Assembly: GCA_050273025.1 (NCBI GenBank)
Contig: CP158635.1
Coordinates: 62,001-126,000 of the forward strand
DNA length: 64,000 bases
Origin: Cenococcum geophilum
Lineage: Eukaryota
Direction of reading: 5' to 3'
Part shown: positions 55,982-64,000 of the stretch, piece by piece
Layout: every line of letters begins with the position of its first letter
How positions within the stretch are numbered: position 1 is the stretch's first letter
Notes under the pieces: model-generated
Database searches by the model: none
Told to the model about the DNA's origin: nothing
The model's input: only the letters and a program-made list of their open reading frames with translations
Translations under genes and position numbers: made by a program

Positions 55982-58900
55982 TATAACAGGACTAGCCCAG
56001 TTATAGTAGGAATATCTTAGTAAAACACTTAACAGATAAATTCTAACGCTTTAATCAAATTCTGCCAAATTCTACCAAGTCGATCAAATTCTGCTAAATT
56101 CTGCCAACTCAATCGAATTCCACCAAATTCCACTAATATAATGGAATTTAGTCAAAACCTGTTAAAACCCACGTGCGTTTATACCTATGTATCTACTACT
56201 AAAACTCCTAAATATTTAGTTATAAGCTTTTAATATTCCTTTCTCTTCTTTATATAATATCTTATTCTCTACAAGAGCTATATACCCTTAGGTTTAGATA
56301 GAATTTATATTATTCCTTTAAATTTTCCCTAAAGTCTCTTTATACCCTTATATTATGTTACGTTAATATAACTACTATTAAAATAGTAAACAACCTTAAA
56401 TCCTACGCGTTAACTATAAGCATTATAACCCTAGTTAGGGAATAGTTAACTATAATATAAGAGGCCTTTATAGATACCTTAGCTTAATAGTAGGCTGCAC
56501 TAAAAGCCTAGCATTAATAATCGATAGAAGCACTCTGTAAAGAACTCCGTAATATCTAAGCACCTATATTAAAGACCCTAATACTACCTATAAACAAAAT
56601 CAATATAATAGTATTTAAGCCTAGCCCCTTAAACGCAAATATCAAACTAGTAATAGTAACTTAACCTATATCTATAATAAATTTATTACCCATTATAAAA
56701 TTAGAAAAGCTCCCTAATTCTCTAATATTTAATGGAAATTAAAATAACCTACGTCCCTTTATAACTAAGCTCCATCTTAAACTTTTAATAAACTATAACT
56801 AATACCCTACTAAAGCTAGTAAGGTTAGCTATAGAATATCTTAATTAAGTAAAGACGCTGCACGTACTATAGATCCATTCTTCAATAACAGCACCTTTAT
56901 TAATTTTAAAATCTTTATCTCTCTACTAGAACAAATATATAATAACGCCAGATGCGAATATATAGCTATTACTAAACTTAAGAACCTACGATAACGGAAC
57001 CGAGATTTTACTAGCTTCTTTTCGGAATTTTTAGGCCTTATTAGCGAGCTAGATTGGAATAAAGCCGCTAGAGTTACTACTCTTTAATAAGCTATTTTGG
57101 ATAAGATTAGAGCCTAGTTAGTAGGTAGAGAACTACTAAAAACCTATCCAAATTTACTATAATATGTTAATAAATTAATAAGGACCTTTAATATAATAAA
57201 TAGACTTATTCTTTAAAGCCAACTACACCTTATATTTAAACCCCTACGAAACCAGTATATACCCTAAAGCGCGACCCTTCTCTAAAACATAAAAGCCCTA
57301 TATATAACTCTATAGACCTTAATACTACTTAATTTTATATACCCTTAGGAACTAACAAATGAAGAACTTAAGCTATAAATAGAGAATACTTCGGATATAG
57401 TAAAAAGGGATATATTTAAAGGAATTATCAAACCTACCCTTTTAAAAAGGTCCGCCGTAGCTCCTCCCAATCCTTAAATCATATATATTCTATAAATTAT
57501 ACTTAGATACTATAAAGCACTTTACCTTTAGTTAACTTAGAAAACAAATTATCTTAGGGCTAAGTTACGCCTTAGAATAAAAAGTAGAAGAGTATATATA
57601 AGCTTTACAGAGTATAGAAATGCATAAACGACTTAATTGTAAATATAGCTCTAAAGTCTCTATATATACACAAAGAAGGTGGAGGTAATAAGACATAATA
57701 GGGTAATAGGTAACTAAAATAGGAACAGTAATCTGCAAGCAATATTAATCTGCAATCAATATATAGGATAGCGTTAACGCTGTCTTAGAGCCTTCCAAGA
57801 CGGTAATCTTATATCTCAGCATAGTGTCGGTAGTCGGTTACACACCCCCCTATATTTGACGGTATAGTTAAAGCTATAGAATATAAAATAAAAGCAGAAG
57901 CTACACCAAAATAGGAAATTTAGATATAATTTAAGAGTAGCAAGGGTAGGGTAATTATAAAGATATTGCGGATATTGCAAGTAGACAGAATTTTAGCTAT
58001 AGGAAAATAGTGCTTAGTTAAATGGAAATTGCTTTAATTATATCTAAGATATCGTCTTAAAGTCTTTATAGTGTAGTGGTTTGATCTATTATTTAAGGTA
58101 GTCATTTAATCTGTATTTAAGGTAGTCAATTAATCTGTAATTAAGGTGGAACTTAAGGTAGTCATTTAATCTATAATCGAGGTAGATCTTTAATCTATAA
58201 TTAAGGTAGATCTAGAAAGCTACTTAATTGCATTAACGTGCTCATAGAAGCTGCTTAATCGCATTAACATACTTTTGGAATTTAAATAGAATTTAACTAG
58301 TGCTAAACATAGCAGCATAACTAGTCGGTGCTGTAGAAGGTGAGGTTTTAGAGTTAAAATTAATTATAGATTTTGCGTCCTTCTTTACTTCTAGTTCTTC
58401 TATGTCTTTTCGGACTTATTCGACTATACGTTTAACCTAGGGTATAGACGAGATTATTTTATCTATTTTCTTTTGCATATATAGGTTTAGTCCCTATCCT
58501 TAAGGGCGCTTCTACTTAACAATATAGTAGCAGTCGTCGTATTGATGTATAAGGCCGCATATGCATTTCTTATGCCATTACAAATTAGAATTATGGTTGG
58601 AATCTAAATTGAAATTTAAGTTATTTTAAAGGGTTGCAAATGCGGAGCTGTTGGCAGTAGTAATAGGGGCTACTTACTACATATGGTAGTGCTCCTTAAA
58701 TTCTTCAATTAGATTAATAATAGATGGTGCGTCTTTATTCTTCTATTCTTTATAAATAAGGTTTACTTCTAGTGCTCCTATAAAGCTAGAAGAGATTAGT
58801 TTAATTACTTAAATAAAATCGTAGTGTGGCCTATATCCTTATACGTCTAGTAACTTTAATTGCTCTATAAGCTTATAAATGTTCCGCTAGCTATTTAACT

Positions 58901-61900
58901 ATTTATCAATGCTCTGTTTTATATTATAGGTTTTTAAAGCCGTATACTAAATAAGAACGTTATGTTTTCGACCTAATATAGTAGGGGCTAGTGCAGTCTT
59001 AAGTGCTTATAGCCGTTTGTATACTGTGTCGAGGCCGTTAATAAGTAGAAGGTAGGCTACTAATGTTAAGTAAACGATGTAGTTACTAATACTGCTTAGA
59101 GCCTGTTTTTGCTTCTAGTATATACGCAGATCGTCTTTATATTTAGCGTAGAGTTAATTATAGATAGCGAATTAGTCTTGTTCTAGGTGGGTTATTAATA
59201 TAGCCAGAGGTCGTATATCCGCTGGTTTAGGTCGTTTTAGTAGTTCTAGCGTTAGAAGCTTATCTTTCTTTTTTAATAGGTCGATATACTTCTATACCTT
59301 ATTGGTTTTAGTAGTGTCTTATACGATAAAGAACCATTAGGTCCAATTAGATAGCTAGCTAAGGATAAAGTTGACTTTTAATTCGCTCATGGTCGTCATT
59401 TTTAGGATTTTAACAGGTCAGATAGGGTCTAATTAGCGTCTTGGCAGAACCTTATTTTGACATTCCGAACTTTTAATTTAATTCGTCAGTTCGTTCGTCG
59501 GTTGGTTATACGGTTAGGGGTCGTACGGTCGGGTTCGGTTCGATCAATGTTTAATATATTTGATGTTTAACGTTTTTAATGTTTAATATAATCAATGTTT
59601 GATATAATTGATATTTAATATGATCGATGTTCGACGTCCGTCCGTTTAGTATTTAAAGATAATTATAAGTACAAAAGCGGTACCCAGAAGAGGCTTAAAA
59701 CACTTATAAAGGTAGTAGAAGTAGTGACTTCTTAAATAAGGTAGTAGATTAATGGTGCAACAGGTAGTGCGATCTAGGTAATTAGTTAGCAAGCAGTGCG
59801 ATCCAGGCTTATAACTGTAAGCTTTACATAGTGTGGAAATGCATAAACAACTTAATTGTAAATGTAGCTCTAAAGTCTCTATATATACATGAAGAAGGTG
59901 GAGGTAATAAGACATAATGGGGTAATAGGTAACTAAAATAGGAACAGTAATCTGCAAGTAATATTGATCTGCAATTAATATATAGGATGGCGTTGACGCT
60001 ATTTTAGAGCCTTCCAAGACGGTAATCTTATGTCTTAGTATAGTGTTAGTAGTTAGTTACAGTATAAGTATCTAGGCTCTTCTAGCGCTAATATATAACA
60101 CAACTCTCTTAATATACTTAGTAAAATTTAAATACTTAAAAAATAGAAGGAAGTATAAATCCTTATAGACAGCGGAGCTATTAGTATAGGCTTTATTAAT
60201 ATAAACTACGCAAAAACTTAATACCTAAATTTAAAGAAACTTAATAAGCCCTAAGGCCTATAAGGCTTTAACGGCAAACCCTTAATATATAGTAAACTAA
60301 TACACTACGCTCTTATAAAATTGCGGATAGGCGAACACCTTAAATACATTTCCCTATTTATAATACTGTTAAAGCATTATAAGGTAATACTTAGATATAG
60401 ATAGCTAAAACAACATAACCCTTTAATTAGCTAGATTAAAGAAACACTAAAGTTCCATACAACCTACTACCGAAGTTATTACTTAAAAAACCATTTACCT
60501 TACAAATATATATACAACTATTCGAATTTAGAATAATATAAATTACCTTTGCTATAAACCTTAAACTAATATAATAAAGCCACAACTACCAATTATAGTA
60601 AAGAATGTAAAGATATTATATTAAAACCTCTTAAAATTCGTATAATATAGGCTGCGCCCTTTATCTTATTAGCAAGAAAACAAGACCATAAAATCTTTAC
60701 TATAACGATAAAAGATATTAAGAAAGCGTTAGAACCAAAACAATATATTAACCCTTAACCTCTTATACCTAAAGAGTATTATAATCTAATTAATAAGTTT
60801 AAAAAACAATTTATAAACTAACTACCTCTACACCGAGATAAGTATAATTTTAAGATAGAACTTAAGCCTAGTATAATACCAAAGTTCGGTCCGCTATATG
60901 GTATATTATAAAAAGAACTGCTTATAATGCAATAATACCTTAATAAATATCTAGAAAAAGGATTTATTCGCCCTAGTTAATCTCTATTCGCCTTACTTAT
61001 ACTATTTATTAAAAAGCTAGGAGGAGGCTTAAGATTCTATATTGATTATTAAGCCCTAAATACAATTACAATTTAAAACTAATATCCAATTCCCCTAATT
61101 TAAGAGACGCTTAACTATTTAGCGAAAGTATAGTACTTTACGAAGCTTAATATAGTCGCCGCCTTTAATTTAATTTATATATATAAAGGAGATAAGAAAT
61201 ATATAGCTTTTCGTATATAATAGGGACTATTTAAATACCTAGTAATACCATTTAGCGTAAAGAACGGTCCTGGTATGTTTTAGCAATATATTAATAATAT
61301 ACTTTATAAATTCCTTAATATATTTATTACTGTGTATATTAATAATATCTTAATCTACTTGTCCTCGCTTTCTAAGTATTAGAAATATATTAGAATAGTC
61401 CTTAAACGCCTATAAGATGCGGGCTTATAATGCGATATTAAGAAATGCAAGTTTCACGTATTAGAAGTTATATACTTAGGCTTAATTATATCCCGTAACA
61501 GAATTAAAATAAACCCTAAGAAAATCGCTACGATTGTGAACTAGGGAAGCCTTAGCAATATATAAGATATTTAAGGATTTCTAGGATTTGTAAACTTCTA
61601 TTAACGATTTATTAACTGCTTCTTAGAAATTACCTAGCTATTAGTAAACCTAATAAAAAAGAATATAAAATTTAAATGGACCGCTAGATATAAATAAGCT
61701 TTTAATAACTTAAAATATCGCTTTATAACTACTCCAATCCTTACCTACTTTAACCCTAACATTAAATGTATTATTAAAATAGACTCGTCCAATTATACAC
61801 TAGGGGGAGTATTATCGCAATACAATAAGAACGGCGAGCTACGTCTAGTAGCCTTTCTCTCCTAGAAACTCGCCCCTACTAAATTAAACTATAAGATATA

Positions 61901-64000
61901 TAATAAGGAACTACTTGCGATTATTAGATGCTTTAAACAATAGCGTTCTAAGCTTAAAGGATTGTTATTCCTAATATACGTATTAATGGACTATAAGAAC
62001 CTATAGTACTTTATAACTATAAAGCAATTAACGCAGCACTAAATTCGTTAGGCCGAATACCTCTTATAATTTAACTTTAAGATTATATACTAACTGGGTA
62101 AACTTAATTAGAAGCCTAACGTATTAATATAATAATTATAGGACTTACCTACAAATGCTTTAGATAAACGGATTATAAATTAATTACGGATCTTATTACC
62201 CCCTAAACATTTTTAAAAAACTATATCCTATATTCCTAGATATAGAACTTAATAAAAATAAATTAGAAGTTAATAAATAGGAAATAGAAATTAATAAGCT
62301 AATGGAATATAAATATAAGAATAATATATAGATAATAGATATAATAAAAGCGATTTAAATAGGAAAACGACAGCATAAGGATATTATACTCGCTAAATAC
62401 GAAATTTAAAATAATTGATTGTACTATTAATAAAAGATAGTAGTTCTAAATTCCAAACCTTTACAATTTAAGATACTTAATTTCATATACAACTTCCCTA
62501 TAGTAGGGCATCGTAGCTATATAAAGACTTATAAGATTATTTAATAAGTATATTATTAGCCTATAATATATAACTATGTATAAAAATACATTTAAGTATA
62601 TAGGATGTGTATATATAGAAAAACCTCTTATATAAAGAAGTAAGGAGTACTTTAACTACTACCAATCCCAATGCAAAGATAGCGCGATATCTTAATTAAC
62701 TTTATAGTCGACTTGCCTAATAGTAACGGGTTCACAAATATTATAGTAGTTATTAACCATTTTATAAAAATGAGACATATAATACCTATAGACTTAATTA
62801 ACGCAATATTAGTAGCCAAATATTTCGTTAAGCACGTCTTTAAGCTATACGGACTTTCTAACTTAATAATATCCAACTATAGAAGTTAGTTTATTTTAGG
62901 CTTCTAGCAAGCAAATAAAAAAATAATTAAGTATTTAAATACAACTCTTGACTATATTTTATCTAGAAATAAATAGTTAAACTAAAATTGTAAACGCGAT
63001 TATAGAATAATACCTATAAATATACTGCTCCTACCTATAAGACGACTGGGAAAAATAGCTGCCTTTAGCTAAGTTTACTACAAATAATACAATAAATATA
63101 TTAATAGGCGTAACGCTGTTCTACGCGACCTATAAATAAGACCCTTAACTTAGATTTAAACTATAACCCGAAATTAATATAATAGGACCTATAATTAAAC
63201 GGATCCAGTTAATTAACGCGTATAACTTCACCAATTAAATAAAGCAATTGATGGAACTATTATAAAGTAAATTAATAAACGCTTAAATAGTATAGGAATG
63301 GCATATAAATAAAGAACAAGCTCCTGTATAGGACTTTAAGAAAGGTAATATAGCTTACCTAAATACACGAAATATACGGACTTAACGGCCCTTAAAGAAA
63401 CTTAATTAGAAGTTTATGGGCCTATACTAAATTAAGAAGAAACTAAGCCCATACGCCTATAAGCTTAAATGCTAACTAAGATAAAAATACACTTAGCGTT
63501 TTACGTAAGCTTATTATAACCTTTAAAAGATAATCCTATAACTCGCGAAGTGCTACTACTACCTCCTATAATTGTTAACAACGGTAACGGTTCTTACTTT
63601 ATTAACTTAATTAATAATATATAATAGAAAATACGATCTAAACGATTTAAACTTCTTGTTAAGTGGGAAGGATATAAAATATAAACTTGGGAAACCTATA
63701 ACTGGATTAAGGCTAATACGCCTTCTTTAGTAAAAGAGTTCTATAAGGACTATCCTTTATAGCCTACTCTAGCTAGATAAATACGATATAAAGGCAAATA
63801 ACTACTACCTAATATAAAGACACGAAATACAATAGTAGGAAACTTAAAATTAAAAAAAAACTTAAACTCTATTATAACGCTTATAAGGCAATAAGGTATA
63901 AATTCTTAACTAAATTAAATTGTTTTAGACCTTTAACTAAAGGGGGGGGGTACTATAATAGGACTAGCCCAGTTATAGTAGGAATATCTTAGTAAAACAC
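55982..64000 (+). mobile_element. Gypsy C: 5' LTR from 55982, gag ~56383-57560, pol ~60070-63880, 3' LTR from 63954 (cut by the window end)
   Basis: tataacaggactagcccagttatagtagg repeated at 63954 after PPT agggggggggtac; protease ILIDSGA (~60160), RT, RNase H, integrase, chromodomain-like LVKWEGY..TWEP. Confidence 0.88.
57597..60061 (-). mobile_element. Second gag-only Copia-type element, 2465 bp, inserted in Gypsy C
   Basis: 246-bp LTRs at 57597-57842 and 59816-60061, homologous to 46232-46476; TSD GTATA; gag ATG at 59399, homologous to copy 1; no pol; short tandem repeats at ~58080-58260 and ~59480-59645. Confidence 0.88.

Overview
Eukaryotic DNA, very likely from a filamentous ascomycete, and heavily altered by repeat-induced point mutation (RIP): TpA-rich, CpA/TpG-poor, with many Trp/Gln codons converted to TAG/TAA. 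0.6-13.8 kb is a gene island with two paralogous, convergent HET-domain pseudogenes (one is HET-ankyrin-ZZ zinc finger) flanking a degenerate piggyBac. From ~14 kb to the end is one deeply nested transposon stack: Gypsy/chromovirus elements of three families, two gag-only Copia elements, a Fot1/pogo element and an integrase-like remnant. The main discovery is a 31,158-bp insertion (19046-50203; ~21 kb without its younger nested TEs) that splits a Gypsy RNase H domain. It has CATCAGG-type terminal inverted repeats, a 2-bp CT target duplication and a palindromic right end. It encodes a Plavaka (CACTA-like) transposase, two tandem paralogous SNF2-family helicase genes each followed by a 75-bp repeat array, and several unidentified ORFs. 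This looks like a giant cargo-carrying Plavaka transposon. All protein calls come from manual, RIP-corrected translation; no database searches were run.
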